Shown here one piece after another: positions 37,991 through 51,172 of a stretch of DNA of 64,000 nt. The position numbers were made by a program, and so were the translations under genes. The notes beneath the pieces are model-generated. The model worked only from the letters and a program-made list of their open reading frames with translations. It did no database searches and was not told where the DNA came from. Each line of letters begins with the position of its first letter. The stretch's first letter is position 1. The DNA is taken from the NCBI RefSeq assembly GCF_036321535.1, contig NC_087447.1:52392001-52456000 (forward strand), given 5' to 3'. This DNA is from Camelus dromedarius (taxonomy: Eukaryota).

Positions 37991-39534
37991 CCAATTTGTT
38001 ACTCCTGGCAACTTTTCAAGCAAAAAGCTGACCCACATAGGTTTCCAGTTACTCATGTTAGCTCTACAGTGATCACCCCAAGGATGTCCTAGGACCCCAG
38101 CTTTTGGTGTGTGGGGACGTGTTCAAGCTTGGTCAGGTACATGGGGTATCCAGGCTGGGCCCAAATTTAACTGCAGGATCTCAACAAAGTATTGGATTCT
38201 TCCCATAAGCCAGATCCTATATGTCCAGGTCTTGGGGGAGGTGGAAATGAATAAGACACAGGCCCTTAATGAGTCTGCAGCCTTCTTGGAAATTAAACAA
38301 GTATACCCACGACAAGAGTCCAAGGCAGGGGGTAGCAAATGCTTTTTGTTAGGGGTGTGGTGCCAGCACCTGAGATTCAAGTCCTTAAATTCTCCAAAGT
38401 ACAACAGTCAGCCCTTGAACCCAGGAATCCTGACTCTTGGCCACGGGAATCACAAAATGTTGCTGTTGAGGGGATATCAGCCATCATTTACTCCTACATC
38501 CCTATTTTACAGATCAGAAAACAGAGGCTCAGAGAGTTGACCAGGGTCTTGGGGCAAGTTAGCGGCAAGGCTGGTCTGGATTCCAAGCTTCCCAATGTAA
38601 GCTTTTTCTTGAGCACATCTATTTCTTTACATACCATTCTTTCCTGGCTCCTCACCCACCCGGCCTACCTTTGACATAACACCTTTTATGTACCATGCAC
38701 TAGGACATGGAGTTAAAAATATGGTTCCTGTCCCAAAGGAATTCAGAATCAGGGAGTGTGTAAGTAATCAGAGGGACTTAGAGTCAGCACTCAGGGCTGC
38801 TGGGGAGAGCATGGTGGAAGTCTTCATTTGGCTTATACTGTCCCGGGCGAGTTTCCCCCAGTCGGCCAGGCGGCAGCAAAGCATGGGAAGACCAAGCACA
38901 GACCAGCAGAGAGCACCACTTCGGCATCTTGCCCACAGCGGTTTGGAAGAAAGATTACAAGCTTTGGAGTCAGGCTGTGCCCTTATCTGGCACCTTGGGC
39001 AATTTACCTCTCCTCTTTGGGCCTTAGGCATCTGATCTCTATAATGGACCAGAGTTGTCCATGAGAAATAAATAAAGCACATGGTAGAATGTTTGACACA
39101 GAGTAGATGTGTTCCCTTCTTTATTCAGCTCATTCTTATTAAGGATGAGCCCCATCCTTATTAGGCTCAATTAGAATATTCTTTTTTTTTTTTTTGAACA
39201 AATAGTTTCTGAATCTGGAACCAACAAATGCTAGGTAATACCTCACCTTCTGGCCTCTGCCTGGGGGAGTTAATCAAGACTGGCTCACCTACAGGCTCCG
39301 ATCTGTGCCACTCCTTGGAAGACACTGCTCTGCCACCTGCCTGCTTCCTTCTGGCTGAGCTCTGCTCTGACTGCAGCTCCCATTAGGCTGACCCCTGGGC
39401 CCCTGACGATTCCCTGTGTAACAGAATCACCAACTGCGACAACTACGTCCCTCCAGGTATATTCTTTCTGCTAACTAAACTCTTACATTGGAGTTTCTCA
39501 TTCCCAGTTTCCAATCCTGTTCTGGTCATGGTAT

Positions 39535-40064
39535 AGTGATAGTTAATTTTATGTGTCAACTTGACTGGTTCATGGGGTGACCAGATATTTAAACATTACT
39601 TTTGGGTGTGTCTGTGAGGGCATTTGTGGATGAGATGAGTATTTGACTTCAGAGACTGAGTAAAGAAGACGGCCTGATTCAGTATAGGCGGGCACACATC
39701 ATGCAATCCACTGAGGGCATGAAGAGAACAAAAAAGGTGAAGGGAGAGAGAAGACAGAATCTGTTCCCTCTGCCTGACTGCATGAGCTGGGATATCGGCA
39801 TCCTCCTGCCCTTGGACTGGGAACTAGACCACTGGTGTTCCTCGTTTTCAGGCCTTTGGATTTGGACTGGACCATACCACCAGCTTTCCTGGGTCTCCAG
39901 TTTACAGACAGCAGATCATGGGATTTTTCAGCCTCCATAATTGCATGAGCCAATCCCTTATAACAAATCTCTCTCTCTGTATATGATTGATTGATTGATT
40001 GATTGATAGATTAATAGATAGAGCTCCTATTTGTACTGTTTCTCTGGAGAACCTGACTAACACA
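39535..40064 (+). mobile_element. ERVL solo LTR (MLT2-like) with internal (GATT)n
   Basis: gttaattttatgtgtcaacttgactgg...gggtctccagtttacagacagcagatcatggga...ctgtttctctggagaacctgactaacaca. Confidence 0.88.
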
Positions 40065-41329
40065 GTCCTGTTTCTGGGTGCTCATTCTGGTGGCCTGACC
40101 AAGGCTCTCCTAGGCCAGGCCCACCTTGCTTCTCTGAGACATTCCTCCAAGACTAACTTCCCCGAGGTCCTTGGCCCACGTGCCTCAATCCCCAAGCATG
40201 GAATATGTGGCTAAGTCCTCCGACTGCACCCCTCTTCCTTCCCCAGGGGCTGCTGCCCTGGCTAGGGTCTGATCCCCCTTGCTTGGCAGCCCATGTCTAG
40301 CCTCAGGGAGTTGGCTGAGTGCCCGATGCCAACCCTTCCTCACTGCCCTGATGGCTGGGAGAAACATATGGCGAGAAATGAGTATAGAGGACTACCACAA
40401 GTGAAATCACCGGCACAGTCGCTCAGCACGGAGAACAGACAATTTCCCCAGAAAAGGACCATCTCTTTTGTATTGCCTTTTCAAAAAATCCAATGACTCC
40501 CACTGTCATTCTGATTCATGAAACCAAGCTCTGATCAAAGTTCTTCTTTCACTTCCTTTCGATGATACCCACTTCTCCTTGAGAGAGACCCCCAGCTGAT
40601 TTCCCACCTCTATGCATCTTCACCTGAATGTTGGCAGGCAGCAGCCAAGTAGACTGCTGAAGCCCTCCTGACAAACAGGAATCCAAGCCACCAGCCCTCG
40701 GAGGAGCATGGGAGAGCACAGGCCCACAACAGATAAATCCAGAGAGATGGGACAGACTTCTCTGTCCCAGGGAACTTGCAGTTGAGTTCTATCAGCACAA
40801 TTTCCAGATTGTTGACTCAGAGAAGTCACTGTGAGGGTCACCTTTATCTTTAACCCCTGTGCACTCAGCTCTCCCCTGATGGCCCCCTCTGCCAGTAGAC
40901 TCCTTCCCTTGTGGTAAGAAAAGGTTTTCCAAGCCAGGGCCCTACATAAGAGAGATGGCTGCTGGACCAGCACACCTGCCCTCAGGGTATCTCTGGGAAA
41001 AGCTCAAAAGAAGACATGGGTGATGCTTACTGCACACCTATTATGTGCCAGGCAATTCCCCATTTAATCCTGAAATAACTTTGATCATGGGAGAGAATTT
41101 CCCCTTATTTCCAGAGAAGGAAACTGAAAGCAGAATTTTCCACGGTCTCACATTAAGTAGGTACTTAATAAATGCATGTCAACCTGAACTTATCTCCAAG
41201 TTCTTGAGAAATGATAAAGTTTTCTGAGAATGTGAAGAATTCCAACTCTTATTAGCAATGTAGTTTGTTGTGCTGAATGACATACACAGGAGATACATGA
41301 CAATGATGACTGAGTTTCAGGCAACTTCA

Positions 41330-41672
41330 TACAGGAGAGCCAAGGACTGCATTTCCCAGCTTCCTCTACATCTGCCTGGGATCATGACACTGGCTCTTGC
41401 TTGTGGAACTGAACATCTTCTCAGCCCAGATGGTAAAAAGAAGCATGTCTGCCTTCATCACCCTTTTTTCCTCTTATGCAAATGGCTCGGAAGCTTCAGG
41501 GGATGGAAGGGCCACAAGATAGGAGTCTGGGTCTCTGAATCATCCCAGTATGAAGAAATGCTACCTGCCCACTTGGAACACTGCACTGAACTGACACATG
41601 GACAAGATATATTTACTTATGCCTCTGAAATTGTAAGCTTTCCTACCACACCTGGCATTATCCTTACTAATA
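41330..41672 (+). mobile_element. Old MaLR LTR (MLT1I/J-like)
   Basis: actgcatttcccagcttc...gatggaagggccacaagataggagtctgggtctctgaatc...cttactaata. Confidence 0.55.
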
Positions 41673-44600
41673 TACTTGATGTGGTTTATCTTTTCATGCA
41701 TCTTTCAAGTGGACATCCAGGGCACAGCCAACCTTCAAGGACATGGAGCTCTGACTAAGTGCTTCCCAAATTCCTTCCCTTATCTGCTTCACCAAGCGTA
41801 GACACACCAGACTGTCCTGCACCCCTTCCCAGCCCCACTACCTTCCTCATAGTGTCTCCTCAGACTCCTATGCTCTTTCACACTGATAATATCCTCCCTC
41901 CACAATACTCTCACATGTCACCCCCTCGGTGAAGCTTTCCCCAGGAAGAATTAACCAATCCTTGTCTCTACCGTGCTTATTAGACTGGTCCTCTGGTTAC
42001 TTTTCTGATGACTCCTTCCCCATCCCTCCACTGATCTCTCTGGGACAGGTGCCAGGCCCAACATCTTTCTACCGGCCTTGTCGGTGCAGGTCTGGTGCAG
42101 ACATGGAGGAGAAGTGATTGGAATCCAGCACTTCCTCTGGAGGGGTTGGTGGACCTCCTGGAAGGCTGGATGACCAAGATTCCAAGGCCAAATCAGGCTT
42201 ACTGGGAAAGAGGGCTGTGAACAATTAGTGTTATCTGCCAAGGGTTCAGGAGAGGTAGCTGCTATCTGCATGATGTAAATCTGCCATTCCAGATTAAATG
42301 CACTCTGGTCAATTACAGATGAGGAAACACCCCAAAGGCTCCTCACCTCACTCCCAGCTACAGCCTGAGCCCTGACCATGGCTCTAAGGTCCCACGCGAT
42401 CCAGCTGCCCTGTGATGATTGCCCCTCTGGCCTCCTCACCTGTCTGCTCTTCTGTGCCCCCTAAAGCCACTGGACCTCCTTGCTCTCCCTCAAACTCACA
42501 GCCCCTCCCCTGCCTCAGGGTCTCCACACCGGTGTGATCTGTGCTGGGAAAATTGTTTCCCATTTGACTCACCCCCAACCCCCATTGCCTTTAATCCTCT
42601 GCTCCCATGTCACCTCCTCAGTTACTTTTCTAACCACTCTATTTAAAACAGAAACCTCCCTCGTCCCTGAGCTCCCTAATTATATTCCCGATTTCCCCTC
42701 TCCATTTTTGATCTATGATTTTTTTTTTAAACTACCTAACATACTCTGACAACCTTATTTACTTCTCTGTGCATGAGGGCAGGGCTTCTGCTATTTGTAT
42801 CCCCGTTGCCTAGTATGGTCCCTGGCACTTAGGAGACAGTCCATAAATATTTGTTGTAAGAGTTGACAGCAAAGAAGGGAGTGAGTCTGGGACTCACACT
42901 CTGCACTGTTTCCGTGTTATAATGGAAAGCTGCCCTTTGACTCAGCATCTAATTTAAATGTTATCTACATGATGCCAGAGCCAACGGGACCTTGTGAGCC
43001 ATCGCTGGCCACTCTGTTCTCTCCCCCACAGCTCACTAGCAACACAGGAAGAAGCTTCTATCTCCCTGCTGCTTCTGGCAAGGGGGCGGGGGAGGCAACT
43101 GGAGCTCTGGAATCCATTTATCTATTACTTTGTTATCTAATTAAGGCCCAGAATGACAGCACTATTTGTCCCAGAATGCCCTTGAACTAAACCAATACAG
43201 CATATGCCCATTCTAATCAATTAAAGCAGTTCTCCTTAATGTCGGCCTCAGCAGCCAGTAACCACTGCACTCTGGGGTCCAGGGCCGGGAGACGCCTTGT
43301 CCTTCATTCCCCTCAAATGGTCTAACTGCACACTGGTTACCAGCAGCCTGCCTAGAGGGTGAGAGGCAGCTGTGCCAGGGTCCTGAGGATGAGTGAGCAA
43401 GACCCTTTTCGGGAAGAACTACCTTTTACTTGTCATTTCAAATAGAGTTATCACCACAGAGGAGGTGGGTTCTGGGAGAGAAGACGGGCAGAGATGGGCA
43501 AGAGAGACTTCCTGCAGCCTTGGCCGAGAGCCGGGACCATTACAACCAGGAAGCCTAAGGGCAGTGGATCTGCAGACAGCTCTCTATGGGGGGGTCCGCC
43601 CCTCACTGGACTTGAACCACACTCTGACCCTCTCAGGTACCCTCTGACACATCCACACGGCTGTATCACACACCCTCAGACACAGGGGCATACTGGTGAA
43701 CTCATGCATCCTCTGACACGCTCAGGCGAACTCTGACCTGCACTTTTTCACTGCTTCACTCTACAATGGTGTGTGGTACACCCGAGAAGTTGGGAGCCCC
43801 TATAGGCCCGATGCATCCTCGCATCTACAGGCCCTGGCAGAGCGACACAGGAAACATTTGTTGAACTGAACTGCAATAAAAAGACCTCATTAGGCTGTTG
43901 GGAGAAAATATATACAAGCAGCTCAGTACATAGTAATGATGCTAATAATCACAAACACTTACTAAGTACTTACTGCCTGCCAGGCACCGTCTACATTCTT
44001 TACACATATTGACGCATGGAACCCTCCCAGCTACCGTAGGAGGTAGGTACTACCCTTATCACCCCGCTGGAGAGATGAAGTGAGGCAGAGTTGGGATTTG
44101 CACCTGGGCAGTCTGGCTCCTGAGTCCGTGGTCTAAGCTGCTACAACTGCAATCACTTTTGCTTCCAGGAACCACTGTTACCAAATGATGCTCCATGGCT
44201 TACAAAGATGCAAGACATGCTAGTGGCCACCTCTCTCCATTTCATATGTGGATCACCACCACATGGAGCAAAGTTCCACTGCTGATCCCTTAAGAAAAAA
44301 GCCATTTAGAGTGAGTAAGTGTGTGTGTACTAAGAGACATCTCTTGTTCCATTCCCCAGCAGTTCAAAAACTACTCAATTAAAACAACAGGTAATAAAAT
44401 TTTATATTGCAACTTTCTAGTAAGAACCAAAGAACAGAGGGGGAAAAAATCCCCAATATTTGAGTCTGCTGTGTGTGGAGTGGTATGTTCACCAAAAGAG
44501 ATGATCATGGTAAACAGAAGAGATATGGTTCCTGCCCTTATGGAGTTTATGGTCTGGTGAGGACATGGACAATACACAGAAACACACCAAAGGACCAAAA

Positions 44601-45094
44601 ATGAATGGTCGTTGTGCTATAATAGATGTAAATAAACAGGATACTTGAGGGAGGAAACCAAGGTATTCATTCAGATCAGGTTGTCAGAAGAGGCCTCTCT
44701 GAGAAAATGACAATTAGGTTGAGACCTAAAGAATGTGAAACGCAAAGAATGCCACAGGTAGATGGAAGAGCATTCCAAGAAGTGGAACGGCATGGGTAAA
44801 GGCCAAAGGCAAGGCCCTGCCAGTGTGGCTACGGCAGGATAAGTGCAGTGGTACGAACAAGCCAGACTGAATCACAGACACTGGAGAATTGTGTAGGCTA
44901 TGGCCAATGCTCTGGATTTTATTTTAGGAATGAAGGGACGCCATGGAAGGGTTTAAGTGGGGACATAAGAGTGTTCTAATTTATGTATTTTCAAGATCTT
45001 CTGTGTAGGAGATGAGAGTGAAAAGACAGAGAAGAGTAAACAAGACATCCTAGTGGTACAGGTGAGAGACCATGGGTCTTGAATTAAGATTCTT

Positions 45095-45238
45095 TTTTGG
45101 AGGGGAGGGGAGGTAATTAGGTTTATTTATTTATTTTAGGTTTATTTTATTTATTTTAATGGGAGTACTGGGGATTGAACCCATGACCTCATGCATGCTA
45201 AGCATGTACCCTACCACTGAACTATATATACCTTTCCC
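45095..45238 (-). mobile_element. tRNA-derived SINE, camelid Vic-1-like
   Basis: Minus strand has A box TAGTTCAGTGG, B box GGTTCAATCC and an AT-rich tail aataaataaacctaattacctcccc; perfect 17-bp TSD cttgaattaagattctt at 45078-45094 and 45239-45255. Confidence 0.85.
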
Positions 45239-45257
45239 CTTGAATTAAGATTCTTGA

Positions 45258-45303
<46 letters not shown>
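45258..45303. repeat. (ATG)n trinucleotide microsatellite
   Basis: About 15 perfect units. Confidence 0.95.
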
Positions 45304-46334
45304 GAGGGGAGAGAAAAAGATGGATTGGGGATACATTTTTGGAGGTGGAACCAGTAGGATTTGTTAGTGATTTGGATATGGACGCTGAAGGAGGGGCAGG
45401 CATCAAAGATGACATGGGTCTCTAACATGGGCAAGCGGGTAGATAGTCTCATTTACTGAAATGGGGAAGACTTTGGGGAGATACAGGATTTGGGGTCATG
45501 ATTATGAGTTCTGTTTTAGTTATGTTAATTTCAGAGCCCATCACACATCCAACTAGAGGTGTCAACAGATAGTTAGAAGTCTGGAGTTTAGAGGAGAGAC
45601 CTGGGCTGAAGATATAAATTGGTTGGTATTTAAATCATGGAAATGGATAAGCTTACCTTGAGAGTCAAGGTAGGGGCTGTTAAATGACAGGACAGATCAT
45701 GAAAGAGACAGTACTCACCAGGCCTAAGAAAAACCAGCTGAATGAAATTTCACAGTTAATATCATGTGTGTGAGGAAGTCCTTGGGGGAAAGCATTGAGC
45801 TGCCAGCCCCACACAGGGGGTCATCAAAAGACCCCAGGGTGACCGAGAGTGGGGCTGGTCCAGAGCGAGTTGAAGAGGTAGATAGACCTGAGTCTGGAGC
45901 TTCCTTCCACTATTACTTGCTGGATAAACTCTGGGCCCCACACACTCAGAAAGGCACAGACAAATGAGAGAAGCCCAGACCTCACACCCTGTAAGGAAGG
46001 GCGGAAGGCATAGTCTGGGTAAAAGAAGGTGAGGCTGGAAAAGTTGGAGTGGGTGGGGAACAGGTCTTTGATTTCATAGGTCTGGGGGGCTTTGCCAGGG
46101 ATGAAGAACTGGCATTGCTCTGTGTAGTTCCAAAGTAGCGGATCAGCAGGGCACCTTCAGTGAGACCACTACTAATCAGTGGATACCAGGAAGAAGGTTC
46201 CACACAAGGCATGGAAGAGCTGCTTAATCTGCGACCTTTGGGTTTTAAAAAAATGGAGCAGTGTTAAGATCATATATTTATATCTCCATAAAGAAATTCT
46301 GGAAGGATACACAAAAACTAAAAGGTAGTTACTG

Positions 46335-46530
46335 CTTCAATAAAAAATAATCAATTTAAAAAATAGATAAACAACAAGGTCCTACTGTATAGCATAGGGA
46401 AATATATCCAGTACCTTGTAATAGCCTATAATGGAAAAGAATATGAAAAGGAATACATGTATAAATGAAATCACTAGGCTGTACACCAGAAATTAACACA
46501 ATATTGTAAACAGACAATAAATTTTTTTTT
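46335..46530 (+). mobile_element. Short L1 3' end inserted into an L1ME relic (46250-46680)
   Basis: atagataaacaacaaggtcctactgtatagcataggga...gctgtacaccagaaattaacacaatattgtaaa. Confidence 0.8.
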
Positions 46531-46779
46531 TGAAAAGTGGTTACCTATGGGAAGGGGATGAGGTATGGTGAGAACTGGGTGGAAAAGAGGGGGAAAAGGG
46601 TGGAAGGAAAACTTTTTATCATATACCATTTTATGTTGTTTGACTTTTGAACCATGTGAACATATTTCATACTCAAAGAGTGAAATCAGAAATACAGCTG
46701 AAGCAAGCAAGGAAAGAAAGTCTATATCCTGAGTCGGAGCTCCTCAAACACAGCACAGGCTGCCTGGGGCCAGAGAAAC

Positions 46780-46910
46780 CCCACAGGGCCCTGGGCTCAG
46801 AGGGTCCTACACTTGATTCAGGGCTCTGTTGCTGCTGCCTTAAAATTCTTGATAATCTTTGCCCTGCTTTTCCATTGTGGAGAGTTCCACAAATTATGTA
46901 GCAGGTCTTG
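46780..46910. mobile_element. MER91-like hAT-Tip100 relic
   Basis: cagggccctgggctcagagggtcctacacttg...gctctgttgctgctgccttaaaattcttgataat. Confidence 0.55.
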
Positions 46911-47321
46911 CTGGGGGAATGGTGATCCTCATCCTTGGGGAACTGTGAGCTGGGGTCAGGAAACCACTGGGCTGAATGCTGTGGGACGGCTTCAAGCACA
47001 GTGGAAGACGGACTGCGTGACCGTGAAATGAATCCTGTTGCCCAGTTGAACAGGAGCTCTCGACACTGGTTGTATCTTCCATAGGGCGCTATAGCTAGGA
47101 TGACCACATGTTCCATTAGGCCTGGGACCATTCTGGTTTGTGCCTGTGGTCCGTCCCAGTGTGATTACTAACAGTGATCCCATTCACTCTGAGAGGTGTC
47201 CCAGTTTGGACAACCCTAAGCTAAGGTTCTTCTGCCAACAGCCACCTACTTGGTGTGATGGGACAGGGGACACCTCATTCATTTGGGTTGCTCAAGGATC
47301 AAGGCTACTGCTGGGACCTGG

Positions 47322-47401
47322 ACACATCACACACATCACACAGACACACACATAGACAGACACACACATAGACAGACAGACAGACACACACACACACACA
47401 C
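47322..47401. repeat. Imperfect (CA)n/(GACA)n microsatellite
   Basis: Directly visible. Confidence 0.9.
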
Positions 47402-48015
47402 CCAGCCTAGCTCACCAGTAAGCTCATTATTTATAATGTGGCATAAGACAGTTTTAAGACAAGGAAATGGACCACAGGCCTGATTGAAACAATGTGCTTA
47501 TCTCTGCCTCGAGACAAAAGAGCAGCCAGAGACAGATTACTCAGAATACATTTATTTGCTTCCTGGAGACCTTCCCCCACCATCCCCCTTTATACTCAGA
47601 ATGGGTTTACTATGTGAAATACAATTTGAGCAGGACAGGGAGTGAGGGGTGAAGGTGATTCACTCCAACCAAGCTAATCCACATGTTATTCACTGACTTT
47701 TTTAGCCAGACTTTCAAACCAGCTGTCTTAGAATGACAAGACTGGCGAGATTTTAGCCATGAGCTAGTGCAACCTCCTCACTGCACAGAGGGGAAAGCTG
47801 AGGCCCAGAGAGGGGAAGGGGCCGGCCTGGGGTTGTGGAGCCTGGAACCCTAACTCCCATCACCCCCACATCACTTGGATTTCCCGTGGGGGGACTCTGT
47901 ATCCAATGGCAGCAGTTTGCAGGTAACTCATAGGGAAATAAAAAAATACACTTCAAAAATATGCGTTTTTCTGGACCTCCTACTTTCCCTGCATACTTCA
48001 TGTCTCTAGGAAAGC

Positions 48016-48584
48016 TGAGACAGGAAGGAAGCGGGCAGGACATAGTCATTAAAGGAATGACACAACAATTAGCACCAAGATGGCAGAAAAGTCAACTCCC
48101 AATAGCCCAGGAGGCCCCAGATGGGGGGAGATTCGACCTCCAGTGGACCTTGAGCTTCATTATACACATTGTAATGTACTAGCATGGTGCATGACACTCC
48201 CACAGGCACCATGACAATTCCGAGGCTAACCATAAAAGGTCAAAGAGGGTGGTGGCCCAGTTCCTGGGAATCCTCACCCCTCCCCCAAAGTAGCCGGAAT
48301 AATCCTCCCACTTGTTAGCATATAAAAACTAGCAACACCCTGCCACTTGGCCTCTCTCTCTCTACCTCTCTCTCCCTCCTTTTCCTCTGAGATGGCCTGT
48401 ACTCTGTCTGTGGACTGTACACCTCTCTAAATAAATCTCCTTTTACTCAACTATGGTTCTCACTTGAATTCTTTCCTGTGCAAAGCCAGGGACCCTCACT
48501 TGGCAGGGTGCGTCCCAGGGACTCAACCAAGACCTGAGACACGGTCATCCTCTAGCGCCACCACCCCCATTTTTTCCTGTATCA
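48016..48584 (+). mobile_element. ERV1 solo LTR, MER41-like
   Basis: Ends TGAGACAGG...CCTGTATCA (8/9 inverted match); 4-bp TSD aagc at 48012-48015 and 48585-48588; TATAAAA near 48320 and AATAAA near 48430; catgacactccca...ccatgaca and gaataatcctcccacttgttagcatat recall the MER41 consensus. Confidence 0.85.
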
Positions 48585-50795
48585 AAGCTGCTGCCTCTGC
48601 CTACAATGCCATTGCCTGTTTGTGCTGAAGACAGTAAACTCCTCCAAGGGCGAGACACTTGGCTAGGACCAGGGGCCGAGACCAGAGCCTGGTACAGGGA
48701 AGCAGAGAGGCAGGAGGCTTGGATGAAGTCAGGGAAGGGGTCTGGCCACACTGCACCTGGGCATCATCTGCAACCTTCTTTGGGGATGGGGGAGGAAAAA
48801 GGCTCTTGGTGGAGGTCACAGAGTAGAATAGCCCGCCTCTCCAAAGCCCAACTCTTGTACCTCTAAACCTCCCAGAGTACCATTTCCCCTTAAGTGCTGA
48901 CTCTGCTGGAAAAGGCAAAATCACCTTCCTTCTATTTCAAGTTTCTGTTGTATGTCACCTCTTCCAGAACACCCTCAAAGGAGATGTTCTCCCTTTACTT
49001 TGGTCAGCACGCACTTTCCCCCTATTCTCATTTCCTTATGGTTGCAGTGAGTATGGCCTGATCACCTTCTCTGCACTGTGCTCTGTGTGACATACAGGTT
49101 CTGCACTAGGAGCCAAGAAGACAACAACAATGTCCAAGTTCCCAGGCTCAGGAGAGGAGGATGGAGGGCGGTGGAAACAGAGAGCACACTACTAAAATGT
49201 GGGATTAGAAGAAGTGCTGGAAGGTGGGGAACGCCTCCCTCAAACCAGTGCCAAGGCTCAAAAGGGAATTCTTTGAGGTGAGACTTGAGTTGCATCTTGA
49301 AAGGTGAGCCTGAAGTGGTGGGTGGAGTGGAATATAGGAGGAAGGCAAAGACGCGTGCAAAGGCCTCCGGGCACCTGGTATTCTACCGCCATCGCTTATC
49401 TCGATGTCCTACCACCCTGCCAGCCTCTTAGCTTCGTGCGGCCTCCACGATGCCCTCGTTTTTCACACCCTTACCCCTTTCTCAGAACTCATCACTTCTC
49501 TTTTGGTCAGAATAGACCAACAGTGGCCCTCACTTGGGGGTAAAACGAAGCTTCTTGTCTTCCAGGCATAGACAACATCAGGCTACCTTACTGGTCCAGA
49601 GGATTCAGAGAACCCCCTTGCAGGAAAGGAGAGCAGCGGGGACTGGTCTCTCACGGAGCCTCAGCCATTAATTAATCCTGTGGTAAGACTGACACTGAAC
49701 ATCAATTTTGGAGGCATAAAAAGTGCTATTAGAAATTTCTTCCCCAATGTGGTGCTCATGTTGCTAATTCTGTTTTAATATTAACTATCACACTTGGCAA
49801 TTATATTTCAATAATGAAAAGGTTATCTCTCCTGTAAGATAAATAATGAGGAAGACTCCCTGGCTTTGGCTTGATTGTTGGAATTTATGTGTCATTGGAG
49901 CTGTAGTCTCAATTACGACCCAGCAAATGGATTAAATATCAGCCAAGCATGAACAATAGCCTGGAGCTCTGATTCCTCCTCCCCACCCCACCTCCAAGTG
50001 CTTTTCAACCTTGGAATATAAATGTGAAAATTTCTGGCATTACAAACAAACAAACAAACAAACTAGTATTTTTGACCTAGTTATTTACTATGACTGACAA
50101 TGTTCAAACCACCTGGGCCTTGAGATCAATGATCTAAGGAGAAAAGTGTTTCTCGCTCGGGCAGAGGAATCATGTGGTCAGAGGCCTCGTCCGCCTGTAC
50201 TGAACTGCTCAGCTCAACTCAGCCAGCATCCACAGAAGATCTGCTCTATGCCAGGCCCCGAGCTAAGTCCACAGAGATAATTCCATAGGGGAAGAAAAGC
50301 AACTATTGCTAAGCATGTGCCTTTCTCCTCTGAGCTCCCAAGATACTGCCTGCAGCTAGCCGTGCCTCTCTACCAAGCACAGATCACACAGTGTTGAAAT
50401 GGCCTTCCTGCTTCTATCCCTCCAATACCTGGCGAGTGCCTCAAGGACAGGGGATGTATCTTATTCATCTTTGCATCTCTGCTGGGCCAGCCCAGAGCCC
50501 AGCACACAACAGACAACACAAAAAATGTCTGCTGAATTTTAATGAATCACTTGAAATTTTATATACATTATTGACTCCTCACAGCAACCCAGAGAGCAGT
50601 CCTTCCTTCTACCCAGCCTCTCATCACATGAAACTTGAATGTGTTCAAGTCTTTCCCAAGAATATAAGCATCTGAAGGCAGGTGCCATTTTGTGATTCAC
50701 TCATTGACCTTCTAGAAACTTTTGTTGAATGATGTCAAATGATGTTGAGTGAGGTCATGTCTCCTCTAGGGCTTTCGCTTGTGTTTAAGACTAGG

Positions 50796-51172
50796 GTCTT
50801 ACAGTTTAAGTTCCCCCAGGAGCAAACTCTGAAAAAAGGATCCAAGTGTAAGTAGTGTCTGAGAGTAAAAGAAATATGGGTGGAATGAGGATGTGAGACA
50901 GAGAAGGGAAGGCCACCAGCCACAGGAATGTTCTCTGAATTATCCCATCTGAGCAGTGAGGCAACTGGGCTACTTATACACCCATGCCCATCAGCCACTG
51001 GCTGGGGGCTGCTCCCAGGGCGGTGTTAATTTCTGGTCTCTTCTGACCTGCCCCACACATGAGCAAAGCTGTCTTGTGAGGCCTCAGGCAAAGAAAAGTA
51101 GAGTTGGGAGTTAAGCTGGCTGCACTGCAGTGGTCAGAGGGCATGACTGGGGTATCCACGGAAGCAGCTGCA
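50796..51172 (-). mobile_element. ERVL LTR (LTR33-like)
   Basis: gttcccccaggagcaaactctgaaaaaaggatccaagtgtaagtagt. Confidence 0.55.

Larger units (their letters stand above)
44490..45660. mobile_element. L2 relic interrupted by a SINE and (ATG)n
   Basis: cctgcccttatggagttta...gaggcctctctgagaaaatgaca...ggatttgttagtgatttggatatgg...gagagacctgggctgaagatataaatt. Confidence 0.75.

Noticed and set aside
39135..39165. Short inverted repeat taaggatg-agccc-catcctta
   Set aside because: An 8-bp stem is within chance expectation
45095..45238. tRNA gene
   Set aside because: Has an AT-rich tail and 17-bp TSD; a tRNA-derived SINE rather than a full cloverleaf
45222..45452. Poly-His ORF (also poly-His/Ser ORFs at 52012-52367)
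   Set aside because: Translations of (ATG/GAT)n microsatellites
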